From the NCBI GenBank assembly GCA_020832905.1, contig JAJHRG010000001.1:564940-628939 (forward strand): 64,000 nucleotides of DNA, written 5' to 3'. The DNA is from Thermoproteota archaeon. Lineage in GTDB: Archaea; Thermoproteota; Methanomethylicia; Methanomethylicales; Methanomethylicaceae. Positions 8,203-18,125 of the stretch are shown here, in pieces; positions within the stretch are counted from its first letter, which is position 1; every line of letters starts with the position of its first letter. Under the pieces are notes generated by a model. That model did not search any database. It had not been told where the DNA came from and worked only from the letters and a program-made list of their open reading frames with translations. A program made the position numbers and the translations under genes.

Positions 8203-9264
8203 TTGGCTATATTTGCAGTTGAATTTGATGGAAGAGGTGTAACACAAACTGCATTAATGAGAGCTGCTAGTGAAATCATTTGTACTGCTGCAGATAAGGA
8301 TGGATTTCCATCAATTGGATATGAAAGATACGATGATGCTCCTGATAGAGTTGGTGTACCAATTAAAGGATTTTCAGTAATATCAAGAACAGCTCCCGCT
8401 TCATATGAAAAAGATTTAGAAGATGTTGCAGTTGATGTTGAAAAACTTAGTCCTCCAACACCAGATTACTCATATTATCAAGTATGCTATGATGAATTAG
8501 CACCTGAAGCAATGCTATATGAGCCAAGAGCTGTAGATGCTGTACTAGTACTAGATGATACTTTAGTAAAAGGAGAAGAACCATGGGCTTATATAGGAGT
8601 ACAACCAATACATGAGAAATTAAAAGATGGAGGAGCAATAATAGTAAATAGTAAAAGAGATCCAGAATATCTTTTAGAATTTATTCATCCAACAACTAAA
8701 AGATATAAATTAGCAGTTATTGATGCAGATTCTATGGATAAAATAATTATATTACCATTAATAGGTGCTATGCTAAAAGTAGCTCCTGGTATTGTTTCAT
8801 ATAGATCAGTTATTGCTACTGTAAAGGAAAGATATAAAGCTGAAGGAATAAAGAAAGCACAAGTAATAAAAGATGCTTATAATAAAGTAAGATGGATAGA
8901 AGTTCCACCTGCTAAAGAACCAATACAAATAAAGAGAAAGAGAAAATTCCTTGAAGAATTTCCAAAATGGCATGAAATGCCTATAGGTCTTGTAGTTCCT
9001 GCACCTCCAGTAAATGGTCCAAATCCACACTTCAAAACTGATACATTTAGGACATATAGACCTGTAACAGATACAAGTAAGTGTAATAAAGATGGATTAT
9101 GTTGGTTATATTGTCCTGATTCTGCTAGAAGTCCAGATCCAGAGACATTTTTTGCTGTAAATCTTGAATATTGTAAAGGTTGTGGTATTTGTGCTGAAGT
9201 TTGTCCTGTTAAAGCAATTAAAATGGTTAATGAATTAGATTTTAGAGGTGAGAAATTATGGTAA
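8203..9264 (+). CDS. 2-oxoacid:ferredoxin oxidoreductase gamma-delta fusion subunit (POR/VOR family)
   Basis: N-terminal gamma-like region (FDGRGVTQTA). C-terminal delta-type 2x[4Fe-4S] region (CNKDGLCWLYCP, CKGCGICAEVCP). Confidence 0.8.
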   Translation: MAIFAVEFDGRGVTQTALMRAASEIICTAADKDGFPSIGYERYDDAPDRVGVPIKGFSVISRTAPASYEKDLEDVAVDVEKLSPPTPDYSYYQVCYDELAPEAMLYEPRAVDAVLVLDDTLVKGEEPWAYIGVQPIHEKLKDGGAIIVNSKRDPEYLLEFIHPTTKRYKLAVIDADSMDKIIILPLIGAMLKVAPGIVSYRSVIATVKERYKAEGIKKAQVIKDAYNKVRWIEVPPAKEPIQIKRKRKFLEEFPKWHEMPIGLVVPAPPVNGPNPHFKTDTFRTYRPVTDTSKCNKDGLCWLYCPDSARSPDPETFFAVNLEYCKGCGICAEVCPVKAIKMVNELDFRGEKLW

Positions 9265-10448
9265 GAGTTATAACAACTGGAACTGTTGCAATTGCAACTG
9301 CTGTTAAACATGCAGATGTTGATGTAATATCTGCATATCCAATTAGACCATATACAGGAGTAATGAATGAATTAGCAAGAATGATTGCTGATGGAGAATT
9401 AGATGCAGAGTTCATTGTATGTGATTCAGAACATACACAATTTGAAATTGCAAAACATGCTGCAGCATGTGGTGCAAGAGTATTTACTGGTAGTGCAGGT
9501 ATTGGATGGGCATATGCTCATGAAGCTATTGTTGTTACACCAACAGATAGAGTTCCAGTAGTTGCAATGGTTGGAAATAGAGCATTAGATGATCCAGGAA
9601 ACTTTGGTGTAGAACATACAGATGTTTTAGTTGCAAGAGATTTAGGATGGATGATGTGCTGGCCTGAAAATCCACAAGAAGCTTATGATTTAACATTAAT
9701 GGGTTATAAGATTGCTGAAAATCCTAATGTGCTATTACCATATATAGTAAATTGTGATGGAAACTTTATTACTCATGTAAGATTTCCAGTAGATCTTCCT
9801 GATGAAGAACTTGCAAGAGAATTCTTACCACCAACTCCACCACCAAGACCAAATATACTACATCCAGATAAACCAATATCTATAGCTCCACATGTAGACT
9901 ATTACTGGGGAACTGAAATAAGAAGACAAATGGATCAAGCAATGAAGAATGCTATTGAAGTAACAAAAAGAGTTCATGAAGAATTTAATAAGATATTTGG
10001 TAGAGGAGGACCTCCATTTATTGAAGAAATTAATACAAAAGATGCTGATGTTGCTATGATAGGAGTAGGCGGAATGACAATGGTAGCAAGAGCAGCAGTA
10101 AGAGAATTAAGACAAAAGGGAATAAATATAGGTTTTGTAAAGCTTAGAAGATTTAGACCATTTGCTACTGAAGAAATAAGAGAAGCTTTAAGGAAATTTA
10201 AAGTAGTTGCTGTATTAGATAATGACTTCTCATTTGGATCTGCACATTGTGGAGGAATATTATTCCAGGAAATTCGATCTGCTTTATATGATCTATCTGA
10301 AAGACCAATTGTTGTTAATTACTTAATTGGACTTGGTGGAAGAGAAATTACTGTTGATGCAATGAAGAGAATTGGTAAGGAGATATATGAAATATCAAAG
10401 ACAAAAGAAGTTAAACATATAGTTAAATGGGTTGATGTTAGGGAGTGA
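9258..10448 (+). CDS. 2-oxoacid:ferredoxin oxidoreductase alpha subunit
   Basis: Typical PorA/VorA N-terminus (GTVAIATAVKHADVDVISAYPIRP). 396 aa. Overlaps its neighbours. Confidence 0.85.
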   Translation: MVRVITTGTVAIATAVKHADVDVISAYPIRPYTGVMNELARMIADGELDAEFIVCDSEHTQFEIAKHAAACGARVFTGSAGIGWAYAHEAIVVTPTDRVPVVAMVGNRALDDPGNFGVEHTDVLVARDLGWMMCWPENPQEAYDLTLMGYKIAENPNVLLPYIVNCDGNFITHVRFPVDLPDEELAREFLPPTPPPRPNILHPDKPISIAPHVDYYWGTEIRRQMDQAMKNAIEVTKRVHEEFNKIFGRGGPPFIEEINTKDADVAMIGVGGMTMVARAAVRELRQKGINIGFVKLRRFRPFATEEIREALRKFKVVAVLDNDFSFGSAHCGGILFQEIRSALYDLSERPIVVNYLIGLGGREITVDAMKRIGKEIYEISKTKEVKHIVKWVDVRE

Positions 10449-11382
10449 TAATATGAGTTGGGAGAAGATAGAAATAAGAACACTTAAAGATGTTCCTAAA
10501 GAGGAATATTATGTAGCAGGACATAGAACATGTCAAGGATGTGGTCCTGCTCTTGCATGTAGATTAATAGCAAAAGCTGCAGGTCCAAGAACTGTATGTA
10601 TTGTTGCTACTGGATGTATGTATGTAGCAAATAGTAGTTATAATACAACTCCATGGGCAATACCATGGATGCATGCACAATTAGGAGGAATAGGCTCAGC
10701 AGTAGCTGGTGCAGCAGCTGCATTTAAAGCTATGATGAGAAAAGGAAAAATAAAGAAAGAAGAAATTCATGTTTTAGGAATTGCAGGAGATGGTGGTGCT
10801 GCAGATATAGGTCTTTCAGCTATATCTGGTGCTATGCTATCAGGTGGTGATCACTTAATAATTACATATGATAATGAATCTTATGCAAATACTGGAATTC
10901 AAGCTTCAAGTTTAACTCCATGGGGTGCTTGGACAACATTTACTCCTCCAGGAAAAATGTTAAGACTTGGAAATGTAAGAGTTAAAAAAGATTTACCAAG
11001 AATGATTGCTGCAGGACATCCTAATGTACGCTATGTAGCAACTGCAAGTATATCATTTCCATTTGATTTAATGACAAAAGTAAGAAAAGGATTAGCTGTA
11101 AAAGGTCCAGCTTTTATACAAATTCATACACCATGTCCTAAGGGATGGAAATTCCCACCAGAATTAACCATAAGAATAGGTAGATTAGCTGTAGAAACAG
11201 GAATGTGGACATTATATGAAGTTGAAGATGGACAATTTAGATTAACTTTCAAGCCTCCAAAGAGAAAACCAGTATCAGAATACTTAAAACTTCAAGGAAG
11301 ATTTGCTCACTTAAGAGAACCAGATATTAGATATATACAAGAACAAGTAGATGCTGCTTGTAAGCAATTAGGTATTGACTAA
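10432..11382 (+). CDS. 2-oxoacid:ferredoxin oxidoreductase beta subunit (TPP-binding)
   Basis: CQGCG motif and the TPP-binding block GDGGAADIG...YDNESYANTG. Confidence 0.85.
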   Translation: MMLGSDNMSWEKIEIRTLKDVPKEEYYVAGHRTCQGCGPALACRLIAKAAGPRTVCIVATGCMYVANSSYNTTPWAIPWMHAQLGGIGSAVAGAAAAFKAMMRKGKIKKEEIHVLGIAGDGGAADIGLSAISGAMLSGGDHLIITYDNESYANTGIQASSLTPWGAWTTFTPPGKMLRLGNVRVKKDLPRMIAAGHPNVRYVATASISFPFDLMTKVRKGLAVKGPAFIQIHTPCPKGWKFPPELTIRIGRLAVETGMWTLYEVEDGQFRLTFKPPKRKPVSEYLKLQGRFAHLREPDIRYIQEQVDAACKQLGID

Positions 11383-11805
11383 ATTTTTTTCTTTTTTTAT
11401 TTTTTCTAAAGCTTTAATAACAGTAGGAGATATTTGAATATTTTTTAATTCACTTATATCAAACCATTTAGCATCTAAAACATCATCTCCTGGTTTTAAT
11501 TCACCACCTATTAATTTTCCTATGTAATCTATTATTATATAATGATATTTTATTCTACCATCATTATCTTTAATAATTATATTAAAAACTCCTAATAGTT
11601 TTTCAATAATAGCATTAAGTCCTGTTTCTTCTTTTAATTCTCTAATTGCAGCTTCTTCAGGAAATTCTCCAAGTTTAATCAATCCTCCAGGTATAGACCA
11701 TAATCCCTTATTTGGTTCATTTCCTCTTTTTACAAGTAGTATTTTTCCATTTTCTATGATTAATACTCCTACACCAACTAAAGGATGATCATGATATTCA
11801 CGCAT
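11368..11805 (-). CDS. NUDIX hydrolase
   Basis: Nudix box GGLIKLGEFPEEAAIRELKEETGL. Confidence 0.8.
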   Translation of the reverse strand: MREYHDHPLVGVGVLIIENGKILLVKRGNEPNKGLWSIPGGLIKLGEFPEEAAIRELKEETGLNAIIEKLLGVFNIIIKDNDGRIKYHYIIIDYIGKLIGGELKPGDDVLDAKWFDISELKNIQISPTVIKALEKIKKEKNLVNT

Positions 11806-11874
11806 AATATTAATTTTCTTTCTCTAATATTTAAATAATAATATTTTTAAAGAAAATATAATAAAATATCTAAG

Positions 11875-12501
11875 GTGAGTATTCTGTTATCAATTATTAC
11901 ATACTATGAGTACTTTGGAATTTTCTTAATATCAATACTTGGAAATCTCTTACCTTTTATACCAATACCATATTTAATTCCTATATTTATATCAAGTTAT
12001 TTTTTAAATCCCTTAATTATTAGTCTATGTGTAGGATTTGGAGCGACTATTGGAAAATGTTTTTCTTATTTTATAGGAAGAGGAGGAAGAATATTACTTA
12101 ATGAAAAGAAAAGAAAAGATTTTGAAGTTTTTGGTAGATTATTAGGAAAATATGGAATAATAGCTGTATACATATTTGCTGCTTTTCCCTTACCAGATGA
12201 TATAATTATTATACCACTTGGTATGTGTAAGTATAATTTTAAAAAGTTCTTTTTATCATTACTATTAGGAAAAATTACTTTAGGAGCAATAGTTGCATTT
12301 ACTGGAAAATATTATTTTGAACTATTAAGGATATTTATTGGAGGAGAATCTACTATTCCTATTATTTTAATATCAATAATATTCATGATATTAGTTGTAT
12401 GGATAATATATAAAATAAATTGGATTGAAGCTATAGAATATATAGAAAAACATGGATTAATTGCTTATCTTAAGTACTTACTAAAGATTAATAAGAGATA
12501 A
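11875..12501 (+). CDS. Membrane protein, DedA/VTT-like (tentative)
   Basis: 208 aa, 4-5 TM segments, G/P-rich loops. Weak resemblance only. Confidence 0.3.
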   Translation: MSILLSIITYYEYFGIFLISILGNLLPFIPIPYLIPIFISSYFLNPLIISLCVGFGATIGKCFSYFIGRGGRILLNEKKRKDFEVFGRLLGKYGIIAVYIFAAFPLPDDIIIIPLGMCKYNFKKFFLSLLLGKITLGAIVAFTGKYYFELLRIFIGGESTIPIILISIIFMILVVWIIYKINWIEAIEYIEKHGLIAYLKYLLKINKR

Positions 12502-12526
12502 AGAACAGTAGTTTTATGGGATAAAA

Positions 12527-13207
12527 ATGAAAGTCACATTATTAACTTATACACCTAATCCTGAAAAAGTTATAGCAATAGCTGCAAGACAATGTCATTC
12601 TAAATTAAGTGCTACTGAAATAGCAGAAAATATTAAAGATGAAGATATTGAGAGAATAATAAGAATGGTAATAGAAAGAGGACATCTTTCTGTACTTGAA
12701 CATGCATATTTTACTTTTGCTATAGAAGGAGTATCAAGAGCATGTACTCATCAATTAGTAAGACATAGAATTGCATCATATTCTCAGCAAAGTCAAAGAC
12801 ATGTAAGAATTGAAGAAGATTTCATAATACCAGATACTATTAAGAAAAATGAAAAAGCAAAAAAGATATTTAATGATACTTTAGAATTATGTAAAAAATC
12901 CTATAAAGAGTTAATAGAAATGGGAATACCATTAGAAGATGCAAGATATATTTTACCACAAGCATCTCCTACAAAGATTATAGTAACAATGAATGCAAGA
13001 GCACTTTTAAATTTCTTTGAATTAAGATGTTGCTTAATGGCACAATGGGAAATAAGAAGAGTTGCTGAAGAAATGTTATCTTTAGTTAAAAAAGTAGCTC
13101 CTCATGTATTTGAAAAAGCAGGACCATTTTGTGTTACAAAAAACATATGTCCAGAAAAAAAATATGATTGTCCAAAATGGATTGAAATTCATAAATTAAG
13201 TAAATAA
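12527..13207 (+). CDS. thyX: FAD-dependent thymidylate synthase ThyX
   Basis: ThyX motif RHRIASYSQQSQR. Length 226 aa. Confidence 0.85.
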   Translation: MKVTLLTYTPNPEKVIAIAARQCHSKLSATEIAENIKDEDIERIIRMVIERGHLSVLEHAYFTFAIEGVSRACTHQLVRHRIASYSQQSQRHVRIEEDFIIPDTIKKNEKAKKIFNDTLELCKKSYKELIEMGIPLEDARYILPQASPTKIIVTMNARALLNFFELRCCLMAQWEIRRVAEEMLSLVKKVAPHVFEKAGPFCVTKNICPEKKYDCPKWIEIHKLSK

Positions 13208-13849
13208 TGATTTTACAGCATCTATACAACCCTCTCGAACAATCATGTCTAGTACATAATCAGGCTGAATAATAACTGATGGTGAAAATGGAATATATCT
13301 TCCATCTTTATCTCTTATTCTAATTATCATCCAAGATTCTTTAAGAGGAAGATCTTCTATTTTTTTACCAATTACTGGAGCATCTTTTCCTACTTTTATT
13401 TGTATTCTTCTTACACCAACATAAGGAATACGCTCTTCTATCTTTCCAGAATAGCCTCTTATAAGTTTAGAAATTTTTTCTGCTACTGCCTCTTCTGGAC
13501 ATATTATCTCAGAAATACCAAGCTTATGGGCAATTCTTGATAATCTTGGATCACTTACTCTTGCTATTACTTTTTTTACACCCATTTCTTTTGCTAAAAG
13601 ACATCCTAGTATATTCTTTTCATCATCTCCAGTTACACAAATAAAAACATCATATTCCTTAGGATTTATATTTTCAAGATCATCTATACTAGTAACATCA
13701 CCTTTAAAAACAAGAACATCATATTCATTCGAGATTTCTTTACATATATCTTCATCAAGATCCATTACTGCAATATCATGATTGTCTTCTTTTAATTCTC
13801 TAATAAGTGTCTTTCCTACTCTTCCTGCACCAACAATAATTATCCTCAT
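13196..13849 (-). CDS. trkA: TrkA-type K+ transport NAD-binding regulatory protein (TrkA-N plus TrkA-C)
   Basis: IIIVGAGRVG Rossmann motif. Adjacent to trkH. Confidence 0.8.
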   Translation of the reverse strand: MRIIIVGAGRVGKTLIRELKEDNHDIAVMDLDEDICKEISNEYDVLVFKGDVTSIDDLENINPKEYDVFICVTGDDEKNILGCLLAKEMGVKKVIARVSDPRLSRIAHKLGISEIICPEEAVAEKISKLIRGYSGKIEERIPYVGVRRIQIKVGKDAPVIGKKIEDLPLKESWMIIRIRDKDGRYIPFSPSVIIQPDYVLDMIVREGCIDAVKSLFT

Positions 13850-13895
13850 ACTTAATTTAAGTAAAAAATTAAAAAATTAATATTTTTTACTAATA

Positions 13896-15353
13896 GTGAT
13901 AATAATGATAAAAGAAGAATATAATGAAATTATCTCTGGAATTGTAGGAATATTGATAATTTCAGGTATTATAATGTTAATTCCAATTATTCCCTTAGTG
14001 GTATATAGTGAGTATGCTCAATTGCCTTTCTTTTTATTTTCCTCCATCATCTTATTAATAATAGGAGGATATTTCTATAGAAAATACCCCCTTCCTGAAG
14101 ATATTACAATGAAATCTGCAATTGTTATTGCTAGTATTGCTTGGCTTTTAATATCACTAATTGGAACAATACCATACTTAAGTATAGGTATGAATATTAT
14201 TGATGGATTTTTTGAATCAATGAGTGGATTTACTACAACTGGTATGACATTAATTAGTGTTTTGGAAATATGTCCAAGATCTATATTATTTTGGAGGAGC
14301 TTAAGTGAATGGATTGGAGGAATTGGAATAATCTTTCTTTTTACAATATTATTAAAAGGAAGTATAGGTACATGGAAATTATATAGAATTGAAGGAAGAG
14401 AAAAATTTACAATAAGTGTAAAAGAAAGTATAAGAAATATAATGATTATATATACAACTTTAACTATAGTTTGTACAATTTTATTATATTTAAGTGGATT
14501 AGATGTTTTTGATTCAATAAATCATGCAATGACAACCATTTCTACAGGAGGATTTTCTACAAAAACAGATAGTATAACTAACTTCAGTATCTTGACAAAA
14601 ATAATAATAATTATGTTTATGATAATTGGTGCAATTGATTTTGCATTAATTAATGAAATTATAAAACTTAAGATAAAAAAAGTAATAAGCGATCCTGAAT
14701 TCAAAGCCTTTATATTTATAATCATAATTAGTATTTTATTAGTTTACATATTGAATTCAAAGGAAATGAGCTTTAGCATAAATGAATTATTTAATACAAT
14801 ATCAATAGTAACTACAACTGGCTATACAAGTGGTGATATACTTTTATGGCCTAATTCCACTAAGGTTTTACTATTAATACTTATGACAATAGGTGGATGT
14901 GCAAATTCAACTGCAGGAGGAATAAAAGTATGGAAATTATTAATACTATTCAAACTTTTAAGAAGAGAATTAAAAAGACTATTGTTACCTCCTTCTATAA
15001 TAATGCCTATAAAGATAGGAGATAAAACATTTGATGATGAATATTTAATTAAAATATGTACTTTCTTCTTTAGCTATATAGTACTAATATTCATAATCTT
15101 CTTATTACTAAGTATTAATATTCCTGATACATTTGGAGCGTTATCATTAGCCATTTCTTCTATTAATAATATAGGACCTGCTTACTATCCTATTGATAAG
15201 CTTGATTTATTTTCAAAAATAATATTAATAATTAGTATGTGGATGGGTAGACTTGAATTATTTCCAGTAATGGCTTTTATTTTTGAATTCATTCCAGAAA
15301 CTTTTAAAAATATATTATCAAGAAGATTTAGAAAGGAGTACGAGTATACTTAA
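13896..15353 (+). CDS. trkH: TrkH/KtrB-family K+ transporter membrane subunit
   Basis: SGFTTTG and T(T)GYTSG selectivity-filter-like repeats. 485 aa, polytopic. Confidence 0.8.
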   Translation: MIIMIKEEYNEIISGIVGILIISGIIMLIPIIPLVVYSEYAQLPFFLFSSIILLIIGGYFYRKYPLPEDITMKSAIVIASIAWLLISLIGTIPYLSIGMNIIDGFFESMSGFTTTGMTLISVLEICPRSILFWRSLSEWIGGIGIIFLFTILLKGSIGTWKLYRIEGREKFTISVKESIRNIMIIYTTLTIVCTILLYLSGLDVFDSINHAMTTISTGGFSTKTDSITNFSILTKIIIIMFMIIGAIDFALINEIIKLKIKKVISDPEFKAFIFIIIISILLVYILNSKEMSFSINELFNTISIVTTTGYTSGDILLWPNSTKVLLLILMTIGGCANSTAGGIKVWKLLILFKLLRRELKRLLLPPSIIMPIKIGDKTFDDEYLIKICTFFFSYIVLIFIIFLLLSINIPDTFGALSLAISSINNIGPAYYPIDKLDLFSKIILIISMWMGRLELFPVMAFIFEFIPETFKNILSRRFRKEYEYT

Positions 15354-16590
15354 AAATTTCACAATATTTTTCATTTAATTTTAAATTTCCTACTTGTATG
15401 AGAGAAATATCATCACTTACTGGTGTTATTATTTTCATTTTTCTTTCTTCATAATTTATTTCTGATATTATTCCAAGTCCTAAGAATTTTCCATTATCTT
15501 TATAAAGACCAACAATTATTCCTTTTTCAGAACCTTTCTTTATAGCAATTAATTCATCACAAATTTTTTCTTTATTTGTTATATTTGGTTCATCTTCAGT
15601 TACTAAAAATAAGAATTTTCCATTAGTTTCTCCATAAAGTATTTTTAAGCATAATTCTTTACTTAGTTTTTCTAATAATTCTTTTGATAATGGATTACCA
15701 TAAGTATAATAAGAACATATAATTTTTGTTGATTTTAAATCTATAATTCTTTCCTTACTATTAGCAAAATATTTACTATATGCATTTTCACGTTTTTCTT
15801 TTCTTTCTTCTCTACTTCTTATTCTTGATGCTGATGAAGATGTTATTCTTATTACATTTTCAAAATTTCTTATTATATGTTCTAATTCATTTCCTTTTTG
15901 AATTGCAATAATAAAATCAGGAGAAATTATTTGAATTAATGAGCATTTATATTCTCTTGCATATATACCATTAACCCATCCACATGTATTTATAATGATT
16001 ATATCAGCATTATTATTTAAAGCATTATCAACAAGCTTTTTAGCACTTACTATCATTTTCATTGGAGCATCAGATGGTGTAGTTGTTCCAATAAATATTG
16101 CATCAGTTAATGGAATTTTATCCATAGAAATAATTGTATTATTTAAAAAGCCATAACCAATAGTTGTTGGTAATGATATTTCAGCTTGTCCTGGATCTAA
16201 ATCAATAACAGCAACTTTCATTCCATACTGAAATGCTATATTTGCTAAATATACTGAAAAAGTTGTTTTACCACTATCTGTATCTCCTATTACCATAACC
16301 TTTATTGGAGGTTTACTTTTAATTATTTTTTCAACAGCATCTTTCCAGCATAAAGGTATAGGATTAGGGATTTCTTTTATACATGCATTACTTCCAAGAT
16401 TAATTTCAATAAGTGAATCTTCTAGTACTTCTACTGGTATAGATTTTCCTTTTGGTATTATTATTTCCTCTCCTAATGTAACAGATTTTCCTAAAGCTAA
16501 AATTTTTCCATTACGTAAGCATAAATATGCAGGACCATATACTACAAAAGAGGACATTTTTGTTAAGTTCATTTGCAACAAATAATACAC
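15328..16590 (-). CDS. Clp1/Grc3-family polynucleotide 5'-hydroxyl kinase (archaeal Clp1-like)
   Basis: P-loop GDTDSGKTT followed by a DLDPGQ motif. 420 aa. Confidence 0.6.
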   Translation of the reverse strand: MYYLLQMNLTKMSSFVVYGPAYLCLRNGKILALGKSVTLGEEIIIPKGKSIPVEVLEDSLIEINLGSNACIKEIPNPIPLCWKDAVEKIIKSKPPIKVMVIGDTDSGKTTFSVYLANIAFQYGMKVAVIDLDPGQAEISLPTTIGYGFLNNTIISMDKIPLTDAIFIGTTTPSDAPMKMIVSAKKLVDNALNNNADIIIINTCGWVNGIYAREYKCSLIQIISPDFIIAIQKGNELEHIIRNFENVIRITSSSASRIRSREERKEKRENAYSKYFANSKERIIDLKSTKIICSYYTYGNPLSKELLEKLSKELCLKILYGETNGKFLFLVTEDEPNITNKEKICDELIAIKKGSEKGIIVGLYKDNGKFLGLGIISEINYEERKMKIITPVSDDISLIQVGNLKLNEKYCEIFKYTRTPF

Positions 16591-16633
16591 CCAAATAATA
16601 GATTAAATATTCTATTTGCTTAAAAAATAAACG

Positions 16634-17065
16634 GTGATTTTTTTGAAAATTGAAGAAATTGAAAATGCTATTTTATCTTTTGTTAAAGAAAGAGGAAAAG
16701 TAAGTTATGAAGAAATTGAAAAATGGGCAGAAAAAAATAATATTGGATCATATACCTTAAGAATTATATTAAATGATTTAATAAAAAGAAAGTCTTTAGA
16801 AGCACCTGATGGTTTTTATGATGAGGAATCTTATATAGAACCACCTAGACCAAAATCAATTGTATTAGCATCATCAGATTATGAAAAATTAAAAGAATAT
16901 TTAAAAGAATATAAAAGTATAGGAATATTGAGATTTTTTGATGATTTAATAAAAATGGGAATAAAAGATGTAAATGAATTATTGAGAAGAGCAATAAAAG
17001 AAGGTTATGCTGAACTTACTCCATCTGGTGTTGTAAATGCTACTGAAAAGCTTTTTAAGAGCTAA
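16634..17065 (+). CDS. Hypothetical protein with N-terminal winged-helix-like region
   Basis: 143 aa. Helix-rich N-terminus only. Confidence 0.3.
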   Translation: MIFLKIEEIENAILSFVKERGKVSYEEIEKWAEKNNIGSYTLRIILNDLIKRKSLEAPDGFYDEESYIEPPRPKSIVLASSDYEKLKEYLKEYKSIGILRFFDDLIKMGIKDVNELLRRAIKEGYAELTPSGVVNATEKLFKS

Positions 17066-17109
17066 AAGAATAAGAAATTAAAGATAAGAATAGTGCTATT
17101 GGTGGGAAA

Positions 17110-17445
17110 ATGTCAGAAAGTAAAATAGTTGGAGGAGTATTTAGTGGAACTGCAAAAATTGGAGAAATACTTGATACATTTATGCAATTAACATTAACTC
17201 CTCAAGATATTACTAGTCCAATTGCATTACAAATGGCATTAAGTAGAATTTATGAGACAATGACAAAAGCTTTAACAAAAGGTCCAAAAAAGAAGTATAT
17301 AGCTGAAGTAAGATTTACTGATGCTTTAGGAAATCCTGTAGTTATTGGTTTAGATTTAGGAGAAAAATTACCACCATTTACAAGTAATGAAGTAAAAGCA
17401 AGAATAATAATAGAACTTTTTGAAGAACAACATCAAAATCCTTAA
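17110..17445 (+). CDS. Hypothetical protein
   Basis: 111-aa ORF with an upstream GGTGGG SD-like run. Confidence 0.3.
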   Translation: MSESKIVGGVFSGTAKIGEILDTFMQLTLTPQDITSPIALQMALSRIYETMTKALTKGPKKKYIAEVRFTDALGNPVVIGLDLGEKLPPFTSNEVKARIIIELFEEQHQNP

Positions 17446-17474
17446 TATCTTCCAGTTAAACTGAGAGATATTTT

Positions 17475-18101
17475 TTATAGTTTACTAAGCAATTCCTTAA
17501 GATTACTTATAGTATTACAAGAGCATAATTTTCCACTTCTATCTAAGTGAAATGCAATTACTCCTGCTTTTCTTGCATTAATATAATCAAGTTCATAACT
17601 ATCTCCAATATGAATCATTTCTGAAGGTATTAATGAAAGATAATTACAAATTTTCAAATAAACCCAACTTTCTTTAATACTATGAAAATCAGAAATTGTA
17701 GAAAAAATATAGGAAAAGTATTTCCTTATAGGTTCTGTTGTTATTTCTAAAAATAATCTTGCTGAATTAGATATAATAATTAGCTTATATTTTTTTACTA
17801 ATTCCTCAAGTACTTCAATTACCTCAGGATATAAAGTTACTAAATGTTTATATTTACTTAAAAGTTCTTTTGCATTTATATTAAGTCCATATTTATTTAT
17901 CCAATAATCAATATCATACCATTCTAATCTTTTTGGTCCAATTTCATTATAATCATTATATAGTTTTTCTTTAGCCTCCTTGATAGATATATTATGATGT
18001 TTTGCTACTAATTCAGGTAAAACTTCAAGCCATATAGTATCAGCAAATAAAGGTGTAACTAATGTACCATCTACATCAAATGATATTACTTTAATTTTCA
18101 T
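17475..18101 (-). CDS. HAD-superfamily hydrolase
   Basis: Motif I FDVDGTL near the N-terminus. A GDS..D motif near the C-terminus. Confidence 0.75.
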   Translation of the reverse strand: MKIKVISFDVDGTLVTPLFADTIWLEVLPELVAKHHNISIKEAKEKLYNDYNEIGPKRLEWYDIDYWINKYGLNINAKELLSKYKHLVTLYPEVIEVLEELVKKYKLIIISNSARLFLEITTEPIRKYFSYIFSTISDFHSIKESWVYLKICNYLSLIPSEMIHIGDSYELDYINARKAGVIAFHLDRSGKLCSCNTISNLKELLSKL

Positions 18102-18125
18102 AAATTCAACAAAAATAAGGAAAAA

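Noticed and set aside
7839-8247. ORFs 7839-8096 (-) and 8065-8247 (-) antisense to the Cdc48-N-like gene
   Set aside because: They overlap the + strand gene, which has a recognisable fold pattern and an SD-like run. Their products are low-complexity.
8447-9311. Three minus-strand ORFs (8447-8638, 8806-9030, 8877-9311) inside the OFOR gamma-delta gene
   Set aside because: They are antisense to a strongly conserved OFOR subunit. Their products are Leu/Cys/Ser-rich nonsense.
14522-14725. 67-aa ORF antisense in trkH
   Set aside because: Antisense to the conserved TrkH. Ile-rich artefact.
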